A stretch of 64,000 nt of DNA. Origin: the human T2T-CHM13v2.0 reference genome, Homo sapiens. This document shows, one piece after another, positions 46,900 through 59,614 of this stretch (position 1 is the first letter of the stretch; each line of letters opens with the position of its first letter). The position numbers and the translations under genes are program-made. Location: NCBI RefSeq assembly GCF_009914755.1, contig NC_060926.1; one strand, written 5' to 3'. The notes below the pieces were generated by a model that made no database searches, had not been told where the DNA came from, and saw only the letters and a list, made by a program, of their open reading frames with translations.

Positions 46900-48143
46900 T
46901 TAGTTAGCCAAGGTAGTAGTTAGTTTGCCAAATGCAAAAACAAAATCATTGACACCAGCAATTAAGTTTTAGATTTGAATTTGGTTTTACTGGGAAAACA
47001 GATATTTCAGGTTTCAGGTTCAATCAATCAATCTATAGATAGATTGCTATAGATCTATATCTATATATATACATAGAGGGATAGAGAGAGAGAGAATTGC
47101 TGCATGTGTCAGGCACAATGGTAGATTCTTTCACACAGAATCACATATATTTCATGATTTCTTTTGTTCCCTTTTCCCTTCCTCACCTTCTCTGGTCCCT
47201 TTCAGAGTATTCAAGTCTTTCCCCACTCCAGGTTTTGATGGTTTATATATATTTAGGGGTAAATTTAAGTTAAATGCATGCTTTTATTAGAGGCACTTTC
47301 ATAAAATCCTTTTGTCTGAGCACTAGAAAACAATACCCACTATTCAACCAAGAATAGTTTAAAATACATCAATAATGGTCCTCCCAGAGCACATCCCGTG
47401 AGTACCTTCTCCTCACTCCCCTATACTCCCAACTTTAGCTTAACTTTCTTAGCTTAGCTTCACGGACATTTCTAGAGGTTAGTTTCTTTTGATTCCTTAA
47501 GGTTACATTGATATCATAACCCAGCCCTAGACAGTTGACTTCCTGAGAGCTCGGGGTCTTGAGGGGGACTGAAATCCATCCATGGGTCGACAGCTCTTTC
47601 TGTTCCACACCATGTTGGCCATCTGAGTGCTAATCTTCACTGAATCCCAGCCCTTTGTTGCAAAACCTCTGTGCTGCTGAGGGCAGCCTGGTGAAGGTGT
47701 GGCCACCTAGGACAAAACTGAAGCAAACTTCTCTCGGGGAGTGGAGGAGTTATGATCATTCAAGGGCCAGTGGAAAGTTTGGGCCATCCTGATATTCATT
47801 TGAAAGAGTTTCAAGGGGCTACAAATCAGGAGACATTTTAAGAGAACTTCAAAACTCTGTTAAGTCATTTTTTGACACTGTTTGACTAAAAATAACTAGT
47901 GAAAACTTAAGTGTTAGACTTTGGGAATTTATCGTTGACTCAAAAATAGTTAAATGTCTCAAAATTGACAAGACCGTCAAGGGAACAGACACAGAAAAAT
48001 ACATTGTGAGGAAGCCATTTCTCCATAGGCCCTGTTTGAATGAAAATAGCTTTCACTAAATCATTTATCAGTACTGTTCTTTCCTCTTAAAGAGCAAGCA
48101 GGAGGCTCAGGAAAAAAAAAATCTGTTAATTGGGTATCAGTAG

Positions 48144-48463
<320 letters not shown>

Positions 48464-49154
48464 TCAGTTCAGTGTTTTTTGAACGCCTACCATGCGAGAG
48501 CATTGTGCTAAGTAATACATGAGGAACAAAACACAATCCTTCCTGCATAAGCTCTAACACAATGAATAAAAACAGGATTCTAATATACATAGTGAAAAAC
48601 AGAAAGGATTAAAAGGCATGAACGTGGCAATCAGGTGGCATGGGGCTCAGAAAATTAAGAGACCTTGGGAGTAAGAAAAGCCTTATGAAGAAACAGGACA
48701 TTTAAATTAGACTTTAAGGAAAATCCTGGATTTTTGATTAAGGAATCAGAATTCATAGAGAGCACACCTGGAATTTCCTCAGGGAGTCAGAAGTGTCCCT
48801 AAAGCCATGTCAAGCGTCCACCTTGAACACTTAGTCCAAACACAGTTAACCTAAGGAGACATACAGACTAACTGGGGAGGCATTCATGAATTAGCCATCT
48901 GTCACAAATTGTTATGGTCAACAGAATTGTTGTTAAAACAGCAATGACAGAAACAGAATTTGGGTATTGAAGGAACACTCACCAAGATCTTTTTGGGCCA
49001 TACATCATTTTTGCAGCTATTCTTCAAAAATTTCCAAAAGGAAAATTCACTGTTTAAAAACTGCATAGAGTACAGTACTTGGAATGCACTGGAAGGTCTG
49101 TTCAATGGAGCCATAAAAAACTAATGGACCATGATCTAGATGGCGAGGTCATGG

Positions 49155-49378
49155 GTCACAGACCACAGCCTGTGGGTCAAATCTGTCTAAGACTTCTTTT
49201 GGTAGAGTAAGCTAAAAATGGTTTAGACATTGTTCAAATGTTGTTAAAAATTAAAATTAAAACTAAAACAAACAAAAACAAACCAGAGAATGCATGATTA
49301 ACATTATTTGTGGCCATCAAAGGCTAAAATATTTACTGTCTGACCCTGGTCCTTGACAGAAAACATTTGCTGACCCTG
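49155..49378 (+). mobile_element. hAT-Charlie MITE, MER58C-like
   Basis: gcctgtgggtcaaatc...agctaaaaatggttt...ctaaaatatttactgtctg...agaaaacatttgctgaccctg. Confidence 0.7.
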
Positions 49379-50199
49379 GTCTGGACGATGAATACCTGAG
49401 GTTTGATACTGGAGAGATCTCCAGTGATTTTGTGTTCACATATTAGTATTAAGACATTTAAAACAAGTAGTGCTAAATGCCCTCAAATGCATTTCTGTGT
49501 GGTCATAACTGAACAAACACATCCAAATGGGACAGATGGAAACAATGAGGCAGAGAAAGAAAAGGATAAGAATGTGCAATAAAAGCCAGATCTCCAAACC
49601 TAAATTATTTTCTTCTAACATCTAGATGAGGCATACTGATGATAGGTAGTTTGTTTAACAAGCATTTATTACGACCATATATGTTTGTGTATTTGGAGAG
49701 AGACTCAGTATTGTCTTAAGGGATATAATACAGAGAACAGCAGCCCCTTTGAAACCTGTAATCTACATGAACAAACCCCAGAAAACTACAAGCACAGGAC
49801 AACAACAGAGAAGAGGTTTGAAAGGGAAAAGGGAACAAAAAGTCAGAGAGTGGTTACTGCCAGATGGACCACAAAGTGCCAGCTCACTGAAGGGCAACGA
49901 ACTTGAGCTATGTTAAGCAAAATCATGTTACATATTAGGAGAAGAAAAAGATTTCCAAAATGAGGAAACAAGGACAAGAGGCAGATATTAAGTGGGGAAA
50001 AGCCAAAAACCAATTTTGGAAGTAGCAAGAGGTAAACTGAAATTGTAGGAAGTCAAGCGGCCCTATACAGAGTAGGTCAAAAGGAAACTTTTGGGGAAGC
50101 TTTTTAAACAGTTTGAAAAGTTTTTTTTTTGTTTAATTCAAACTTGATTTCTAGTTCTTAATACTGCTAATAACAGTAGTAGTAATGTGAGGTGAAGTA

Positions 50200-50380
50200 T
50201 AGTACTAAGGATGTCTATGAACTCATATAATCTCACAGTATTCCTGTGAGGTACAAAATATGAAGTGTTAACAACATCTCTTTACAGACGAGACCCTGAT
50301 GATCAGATAGGGGAAGTAAATTCAAGGGACAAATGCAGATCTCCTTACCTCTAAAGTGAGTGCTCTTAGCTACTCTGCTA
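50200..50380 (-). mobile_element. MIR fragment
   Basis: tctcacagtattcctgtgaggta...tttacagacgagaccctga...aagtaaattcaagg. Confidence 0.55.
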
Positions 50381-52289
50381 TAATATCTCCTGTTCAAAGG
50401 GGATCTGGCAGTATATGACAAAAATAGAGTAGAAACAGCAAGTCTTACAAGGAAAAAAATATTGCCAACAGAAGTTTTTGGGCCTTTTATTCAAGCTCAC
50501 AGTACATGCCTGGAAAGGGAGTTGGTGATAAGCATCCATTTTGAGGGTCAGTCTAGATGCCTACGAGGAAATTGAATTGTAATCCTTACCAAGTAATAGA
50601 AGAAAAAAGTTAATAAACCTCTTATCACAAAATTAGACACTTGTAAAGGCCACAGACATTTTGTTTCCCCGAATAAAAAAAGGCAGAAAGCGATGCGTGT
50701 GTGGAATTCTGTATTTCAGCGTGTCAGCCATCATTCTCATCCCTGCCATATTTGTATCCTTTGCCTTTATTTCTGACACATAAAAGGAATATTTGATGAA
50801 ACATATAAAATGCAACTATCAGTCAAGCCTTTAGACAAATATTTTAGTACCAGAATGTTTAGAGCATGTGTTTTGATGTTTCTAAATTACCATATGCTTT
50901 TATTGTAAACAGGGACTGCTTCATTTGTAGAATAGCAATGATTCATTATGTTGACTGTTTCTGACATTGTACTGAGTGTGAAACTTAAAGAGAAAACGTA
51001 ACCCCTGTAATATTCCCAACCTTGACTACCCTGTTTCAAAGACATAACCTGTTTGCATTTTACCACCTTCTGTTACTGTACAGTCTTTCTCAAATACATT
51101 TCAATTACCATTGGGAAAAATCAAAAAAGTAAATAATTTGTCCCCATCTATGAATACTGAGTAAAAAAGTAAAAAAAAAAAATCTTCCCCATTTTGCTAA
51201 ATGGCACAGAAAAATATTGCTGGGATCATAAATGCATAACATTCCTAGTTTTTCTCTGAGAGTGCAAGCCATTTTACTTTAAAAGCTTGAAAACAATCCT
51301 TCACGCAACTGAATCTTGGCTGGGGTTGTGTGGGATGATGCAGCAAAGGCTGTAATGAACGATTCCGACATCCCAGAACAGTGTATGCCTGACAGAGCAA
51401 TGTATACAAACCCGTTCTTGGCTTTTATTGGGCTGCACCAAGCGTACAATTCTCCAGTGAGCCCAGGAGTTAGAAAGTGTCAATTACAAAGAAATGGCTG
51501 GCAGATTGAATGAATATTGGTGTGTAATTACCACAGCATCCACCAGCAGCAAAGACTCCAGAATAGTGCACACAAATATTAGTGTCCTTTCCCTGAATAA
51601 AACACCCATCTTTACACTGTGTGATATCAATGCCTAACAGAGGTGACGAGGCAGGGTGCAGGCAATTTATTTTGCCAGCCACATGTGACCCAAGATGTTA
51701 CTCATCACTGAGCAACAACCGCTTTTGCCAAAAGCATTATTTTCAAAAATTTAAGAGAATCCCAGCTCTCTTTTGGCCATCCTAGAGCCCCTTTCTCCTC
51801 TAGCTTTACAGTCCAAAAGAAATATAGTCAGGGCATGCTTTTAAACAGTTGTGAGCTGTCAAGCCATGAGCTTTCCTAGAGTCACTTTTACTCATGGACA
51901 AAAATGGAGAAGCTGATAGATATCCTGGCTCAGATATTTATAATGTTGTTACACTGATATTTTCTTTCAGTAAAACCTTCAGAGTGTAAGCTCCCAAACT
52001 TGATCGCTTTGTGACTGCATTGCAGGTGGCACCAGCAATTCAACAGTTTTGCATCAACTCCTTCCGTTGTTCAAAGAAGAGACCAAAAAGAGTATTATCA
52101 CCTTTCTTGCACAGTGATGAGGTTCTTTGCTGAGCTACAATCCTTCTAAAACAGCATCTTTTCACCTTTTTACGAAGTCAGGCACTCCTTGGAAAATCTG
52201 AAAAAGAGTTATATGCTCTTGCCAGAAAAAAAAAGTTTAAGAAATGTAATAATATGCATGTGTGCACACACACATAGCCCTACCTAAAT

Positions 52290-53636
52290 AAGCCAACTTC
52301 ATTGGCATGTGACTTATGCAGTTGCAGGGTCTCTTGCTCTGACAGTTGCCATACTTGTTTTAATACTCTGCTGTTGCTATCTTGAAATTCTTAATAATTT
52401 TAACTTTGAACTTGTGTTTTGTAAGAGAAATCAGTGGAATAGTGGAGCATGAGCAGAGGAAAAATGTGAAATATGCATGTCCCTAGTCCTTGCCACTCCA
52501 TTCACATACAGTATTCACAAAGTTTCAGGATCACAGAATTCCAGTGGACCCACAATGTATGAGAGTTCAGCAAGTCTGAAACCAAGGACAAGGTAAACTT
52601 TCTTTTTCAGAAAAGTCTCTAAGTTTGTAAACTAAAGTTTTACCCTGGTAAGATGAGATTCTGATTTGGAAACTAAACCCAAAGGCAAGCTCTCTATTGT
52701 GTTCATCTCTGGACCCTGGACATGGAGTAGGAGAGGCAGGGTTCCTGTTGGACAGCGAGGGACAAGATAGTCTAGTCCCCCACTGGGCAGAGTCTGGCCC
52801 TTGACCCAAGCCAGCTTTTCATTCCCATAATCCCTGCGTACCCAGCTGGAGACAGTAGTGACAACAGCAGAGGTGACAGGGCAGCTGTTACATCAATTCA
52901 TCAATTACACAGTAAGCAGGGCACCAACAGCCCTAAGAGCGCACGCTTTCAATTCAAACTAGAACTTTCTTCAAACTCAGGGAAAAAATAGTGTTCTAAG
53001 AAACACAGCCAAAGATCTCTATCGTATCCTCTCGTTACTGTTACTTCCCCATATTAGCTGACCACCTACATTGAAAATGATGGCATAAAACAAAAAGCAA
53101 AGATAGGGAATTCCACAGGTTTTTGGCCTTGAAATCCCCTTTACATATCAGAAAGCCACAGGTAGTGAGTGTTCATAGGACCAAGAAGTGATATGACCAA
53201 GTGTGTTCATAGGACCAAGAAGTGATAGGACCAAGAAGTGTACCAAGAAGTGATATGAAACCAGCTGAGTTAGTTTTATGCAGTGCTTCCATTGTTCTGG
53301 TGAGAACAAAATACATATGCACAAAAGAAACAGAAATTGTGTAAATTTGGTGATTCCACCTACAGGCTAAATGCATTTATATTTGCATTTTAAATGGCAT
53401 CACAGAATATAAATATGAATAGCAAAATCCATACTATTAATTTTAAATGTTTTCATTTTATACTTAGAAATTTAAAATGGCAGTCAAAAGATAAACCATG
53501 GAAGAAAGGAAAAAACTTTGTATTTTAGCACCTTAAAGATACTACAGATTATAAGACGGCACCGTTTCCCTGTTTGAACAAAAGACCCCATATTTTCACT
53601 TTGCCCCAAAATCTACAAATCATGTAGCCAGCCCTG
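52290..53636 (+). mobile_element. hAT-Tip100 DNA transposon, MER45 family (long, MER45R/B/C-like)
   Basis: 5' gccaacttcattggcatgtgac...tcttgaaattcttaataatttt; 3' tttgaacaaaagaccccatattttcactttgc...atgtagccagccctg. Confidence 0.8.
53169..53258. repeat. Short imperfect tandem array of accaag(aagtgata)
   Basis: 25-bp gtgttcataggaccaagaagtgata twice plus three partial units. Confidence 0.9.
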
Positions 53637-55914
53637 TTCCTACAAATATTTTGCATACAATTTCATGAGAATCCCAGATCCTTATAAGGTGACAAGTTAA
53701 GAGGATATGCACGTGTGTGTGCGTGCGCTCATGTGTGTGTGCGTGTAATTTTTATATAATTAAATCTGAATACTTTAGATATGATCAAATGTTTATATTT
53801 CACATATATTTTATAAATAATAATATATTTTTCATATATATTTTCTAAATAAAAGAGACTCGTGGGTCAGCCAGGTATTCTTAATAGGGGAATACCTAGC
53901 TATAGAGCAATTATAGCTAGGTATATAATGTCAAAATTCAAAAGATTCTGCTACTGAGTTCTCTCCTTTCACTAATTCTCTTATTGTATCAACACCTGAA
54001 AGATCTCTTAATCTGTGACAAGACAGCTTTACTCATTTTTTGAAAGAATAATTTTATAAGATAATCAGTAACAAAGAGAAAATGAATTTAAAGACTTATC
54101 TGCTAATAAACTGAGACTGTTCTTTAATTACCCAGAGATCTCAAAACAATAATTGTCTATGCTCCAGTGTTCTACATTGTTTTTTAATGAATACACATCA
54201 AGAAAACATTATATGTATCTAGCTGATTCCATAAAGTAAATTCCATTTATGTGTCTAAATACTTGCTGGCGCTTATCTAAAATTAATCTCTAATAGAATT
54301 TAGAGCCTTTAAATTATTTTTGTTCTCAGAAACCTGTAAAGTACTCATCAATCATGTTCCCAGAAATTGACCAAAGAAGAGTGAAGGGAACTAAGGCTGC
54401 AATTTCGAGAAGTAACACACACACCAGGCAGAATCACACCATTTTTTCTTGCCTGATGTTAATTTTTGGATAGCATACATCCAACCAGGGAAGGTAGAAA
54501 AATTAGTTGGCTCTTGATGCCTATAAGATCCTACATATTTAAACTCACTTTTATGCCATGTAACAATGGCATTCTTTTGATATATGGATAGCCTAAATTT
54601 TATGCCCAAGCCAACCTGACTAAGTGAAAAATGAACGAAGATCAAAAGACCTGGGTTTCAGTATAATTTCTGACACTAAGTTCATGGCCCATTTTAGGTT
54701 AGCCAGCCCACCTTCATTGCTTCCTCTCTAAAGGGAGAAGAATGACATGTGTCCTAGCCAGCTTTTATATTGCTGATAAGAATTAACAGAATGTATGAAG
54801 ACCTCTGAAGGTACAGCCATAAGTCATACAACAATTTGTAACAGCTTTTTAAAATATTATTTCACAGACTTATTTTTCAACTGATATTTGGCTTCTTTCA
54901 GTCAACTTCAAAATATTTCCCCAGGCACATGTTTCAAGTGTTGAACTAAGCACTAATATCCCTAACACATAGGTTAATTGGTATATGCTTGGGCACACTG
55001 TTGACAAATAATTTGCTATTTCCAGTAAACAGATATGAATGGGATTGGGCATAAACATGATATTATGTATTTGAATAGGTGAAAGCTTACCGTGTTTAAA
55101 ATCCACTTCTCTGGAATTGAATAAAGGCTATTAAGACTATTTCACTAAATATGTTTTGTCTTCAGAGAGGTTTATGATAGGTTTGGCATTCAGATACCTT
55201 CTCAAACACTAGGATTAAAGAGAGCAGTAAAGAAAAGCCATCAGATTTCAGGAAAAAAAGGCATTCAGACAGAACTGCTAGGCTCTGTAGGGGTCTCATG
55301 TTTTCAACTGTACATCCTGAGTCAAGATAAAGAGTAGCTTCATTCCAAATAGATATATGCAATCCAGTGTTGCACAAAAAGATGCCAGGACTACAGTGAG
55401 CTGTGTCTTTTTCTGAACCTATATTTTGTGTTTCAAGACTCATGTCACATTACCAATCCAACACTAATATTAGTACATCAGAAGTAGAAGTTTGCTATGT
55501 GAAGAAATTGTGAATTTTGTTGACTTTACAACCACTTAAGGGTTTTACCATAATTCAATGGCCTGCTCCTAAATTTCTCTATCATTTGAGCATTTGAGAA
55601 ATAGGTTTCCTAACGTTGCCATAGACCTACTGAATCAAAGTCTTCAGAAGCAGGGTCCAGGAATCTACATATTGAAAGCTCCCATGAATTTCTAAAATCC
55701 TGCCAGTTTGAGAACCACTAAGTTCACAGTTCTGAATGTAAAGCATGAAGATGGTAAAGTCGATGTACACCCATGGCCTTCCTGCTGTTGGTGGGTAGTT
55801 GCTTATTTTCACTGGTTGCTTGTTTTTGTTGAAAACTAACACCTCTTGGTGAACTAGAGGGTTAGATGTTACCGATGGGTGTTTTGATTCATTTTGATTC
55901 AACGACCTTTAATA

Positions 55915-56075
55915 CAGTACATTGGTTCTCAGATTTCAATATGCATTAGAATCATCTGGGGTTTTATTAAAATGCAGATTCCTGGGCCCCATCTGTTACT
56001 ATAACTCAGTAAGTCATATGTAGGAAGATGAAATTAACATTTTTAATAGCACCATAGATGCTCTGAAGTGCCTGT
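55915..56075. mobile_element. MER5-type hAT MITE fragment
   Basis: tggttctcaga...tgcattagaatcatctgggg...aaaatgcagattcctgggcccc. Confidence 0.7.
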
Positions 56076-56609
56076 TGAAGTAATGCTGCTGTAGTAAGTG
56101 CAGTGTGTTCTAAGATCCTACCTTGCATTTGTGCTTTAAGAAGAACCCTAATATTCACGCTCTTATTTAATCTTTACATGTTGGGAGGTAAGATAGGTAT
56201 CAGTACCCCTACATGGCAGATGAAGTTCAAAAATGTGGCAAATATTAAATACCAGATCGAGTAATCAAAACTAATACCATATCCATTGCTCCTCCCAGAA
56301 ATGAAAATAAAGAAAAAAATACTGAAAAATTATAATGTGCTGACCAAATCTTAAATCAGACATTTACCTGTCTAATGATCTTCAGAAATTACTTTCAAGG
56401 AAAATCTAGAGGAAAGTTGAATAGGTTGAGTGTCTGAAACAAAATCCAAATCTAAATTCTCCCTCTCAATTCAACAAACAATTTTAGGGAATCTATTTTA
56501 TACTAGATACCATGGTAAGTATTAATAAAACTCCAAAGTGGAATTTATCAAAAAAAATTGTTAACCAATTATTAAAAGTATGAGGAGTATTGAAAAATAT
56601 TGGGAGAGG

Positions 56610-57380
56610 TGTTATGGGCTGAATATTTATGTCTCCCAAAAAGTCAAAAGTTGAAACCTGTATTAGTCCATTTTCATGTTTCTGATAAAGACATACCCAA
56701 GACTGGGCAATTTACAAAAAAAAAAAAAAAAAAGATTTATTGGACTTATAGTTCCACATGGCTGGGGAGGCCTCACAATCATGGTGGAGGGCAAGGAGGA
56801 GAAAGTCATGTCTTACATGGATGGCGGCAGAGAAAAAGAGAGCTTGTGCAGGGAAACTCCAGTTTTTAAAAACCATCAGATCTCGTGAAACCCATTCACT
56901 ATCACGAGAACAGCATGGGAAAGACCTGCCCCCATGATTCACTCATCTCCCACTGGGTCCCTTCCCACAACACGTGGGAATTATGGGAGTTACAAAATGA
57001 GATTTGGGTAGGGACACAGAGTCAGCCAAACCATATAAAAACCTAATTTTCATGATGGCACTATTTGGAAGTGGCACCTCTAAGAAAATAAGTAAAGTTA
57101 AATGAGGTCATAAGGATGAGGGTCTCATCCAATAGGATTAGTGACCTTAGAAGAGATGCCAGAGTTCTCTCCCTCCTATGCATGCAATAAGAAAAGGCCA
57201 CATGAGGACATACAAAGATAGTGACCATCTACAAGCCAGAAGAGAGGCCTGTTCAGAAAATGAATTTGCCAGCACCTTCATCATGGACTTCTACCGTCCA
57301 GAACAATGAAAAAATTAATTTCTGTTGTTTAAACCATCCAGTTTGTGGTGTTTTGTTATACAGAGGACATGAATAATATA
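56610..57380 (+). mobile_element. MaLR solo LTR, MLT1A-like, split by THE1
   Basis: TGTTATGGGCTGAAT...ttgaaacc | taat...gttaaatgaggtcataagg...tttctgttgtttaa. Near-TSD agagg/ggagg. Confidence 0.82.
56659..57038 (-). mobile_element. MaLR solo LTR, THE1C-like
   Basis: tgtattagtcc...gaggcctcacaatcatgg...aaaaccatcagatctcgtga...gccaaaccata. TSD AAACC. Confidence 0.9.
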
Positions 57381-57431
57381 GGAGGGAAGGCCTAGACACT
57401 AGGGGCTATGGTTGAATTTAGAAGTGTGTGG

Positions 57432-57939
57432 TGTTGGGCCTAAAAGTACGACCCAATATTACGTGCTGCCTTGACATCTGGAATAACCAGAAAGACCTCA
57501 AACAGCCTAGCTGCAAGTTCCTTTCCCCACTCTACTCCCACAGATAAGATCCTGCAGCAAAACAGCCCGACTTATCAAGAAACTAGGTATAAATCCTACT
57601 TATTCCACAGGAGTGGCCTTCAGTTCCCTTCTAGCCCATGGAATTATTCAAACAAGCCAATCACACCCTCCCATGGGAACTAGGGGTCACTCCAACCTCT
57701 TGATACTACAAAGCCTGCTTCCTGTAGCCCACACTTATTCACTTTGTTCCCAAGCACAACCCCATGTGGCCCTGCAAGGCCTGTGACATTCTCCTCCCTC
57801 AAGTTGCAAGTATGTGGAATTAATAAACTGTTGTCATGTCACCTCTCCAGTATCGGGTACTGCATGATCAGCTATCTCCATAGTTACAGAATAGGAACTC
57901 CTCCCTCACCAATAGGGTGAAGAGGAAAAGATTAAAACA
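57432..57939 (+). mobile_element. ERVL-type solo LTR, LTR53/MER73-like
   Basis: TG...CA, 508 bp; aagtacgacccaatattacgtgctgccttgacatctg, CCAAT box, AATAAA near the 3' end. Confidence 0.65.
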
Positions 57940-58829
57940 CATTGATAGGGCTGGATCTACCTCCAATATCAAAAGATTCAAATTAATAGAATAATCTTTT
58001 ATCATTGTTTAATTACAATATTTTTCGAAAATGCCATTGAAAATCATATTCTCCAGCCAGATTTTTAGAGCAGGGGTCCTGAACCAGTAGAGGTGGACCT
58101 CTTTTCACATATTAAAGGAGGTCTTCCAAATAAGTTACGTTAAAATTGGGCAATGTCACGCTTTACTTTCATTTCCAAGTGATTTTGGCTAACCCATTTG
58201 CCATATATTTCTCTGTGAATTTTTAATCCATTTCACTCTAAAAAAAAAATCTCATAATCTGTAAACAAGGATGGATAAATACCAGAAAATCTCTGTAAGG
58301 AAGAAAACTGTGTAGCAAGTAATTTAAAACAAAGACATCATTTAAAATGCATAGAGACCCCTACTACATCATGCTTCGAAGGACAATGCTTTTGTATTTT
58401 TAATTTCCTTAAAGCAAAGCACATCTTTGCAGCATTTCTCTTATTTCCCCACCTATGTAGCACATGAACTGCTCAAAACTGACACATTCAAGTGCCACCA
58501 GCAAGGCCTGAATGAGAAAGGCTTTGTAATTCAGCCTCTGTGATCTTTTATATAAATATTGCTTTGAGTTGGACAGTAGAAAAGCCCAGGGTAGCAATAT
58601 AACGCCAACTTGACAGACACTTTACAACCACTGCCAATATCATACTATATCAGAATCTTGCCTAAGTATGAAAGAAGAATGTTCCAGAAATCACTTAAGG
58701 TGATAAACTCGTCCCCAAAGAGATTTAGAATTGATTCCTCAGCTAAGTATTTCTCCACCTCTTTCATTATGCCTCCTGAAAATAAGAATGCAGATAAGGG
58801 ACCATTCTACACAGAAATGCTCCTCAGCA

Positions 58830-59080
58830 GAAAGCTGTGGTTTGGGCTCTAGGATCTTGATATCTCACTGGCTTGAGATTTCTGCTGCACCCCTTACTAG
58901 CTGCAAGAACTTCAGCAAGTTTATCTTTGTCTCTGTACCTCAGCTTCTCCATGTTTAAATAGAAACAATTTCAGTACCTCGGTATGGAAAAGGAATGAAT
59001 CAGTGAATATATGCTAGGTCCGTAGAACTGTACTTGGTTTACAGTAAATGTTCAAAAAATGTTAGCCACTTTTATTACAA
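58830..59080 (+). mobile_element. MIR SINE
   Basis: cttactagctgcaagaacttcagcaagtt...ctctgtacctcagcttctccatgtttaaat. Confidence 0.7.
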
Positions 59081-59614
59081 TCTTTTTAGATTTTACTCCC
59101 CTCCAAACTGTGAGACATTTTTGCTTACAATAAAATCATCCATTTATTGCTGAACAGGATCTTCAAGATGATTTAATTCACTTCTTCTTTCCTTCTACCT
59201 TATGGTTGAGCAAACTGAAACTCAGATAGTATCACCTGCCCAAAGTCTTGGTAGAGTCAAAAACAGAACTCAGGACTCTGGAATCCCAGAATTTTAAGAG
59301 CAGAAATGCTCTTTCAAAAAGAACTCTCAGAGGTCTCATTTAATTGTGACCCAGGTATCAGCCTTATGCAACCTGTCTTAAAGGAAAACTCAAGCTCAAA
59401 TTTATTTTCTACTTCAATTTTCCTTTAAGTCAGATGGATTCTTTTTTTTTTCCACTAATCCTTTTTAATGAGAAAAACCTGAGTTGTACATACCACAAAG
59501 AGCTTCAAGTTTCTATACCAACTCCAATGACCAAACAATTGAACATAACCTGAAGCATCATTTTTAATGTGGAAAGTTTCAAAAACTTAACTCACAAAAA
59601 CATCCCTATAGAGG

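Larger units (their letters stand above)
52140..53705 (+). mobile_element. MER103-like hAT element split by a MER45 insertion
   Basis: ccttggaaaatctgaaaaagag...ccagaaaaa | attttgcatacaatttcatgagaatcccagatcc...gttaagag. Confidence 0.5.

Noticed and set aside
47698-47718. CTCF site (tggccacctaggacaaa)
   Set aside because: Only the 5' half matches; the G-rich GGGGC/GGCGC core is missing.
55091-55110. 20-nt minus-strand microexon (also 26 nt near 61855-61880)
   Set aside because: AG/GT pairs this close are common by chance, the lengths are not frame-preserving, and there is no other support.
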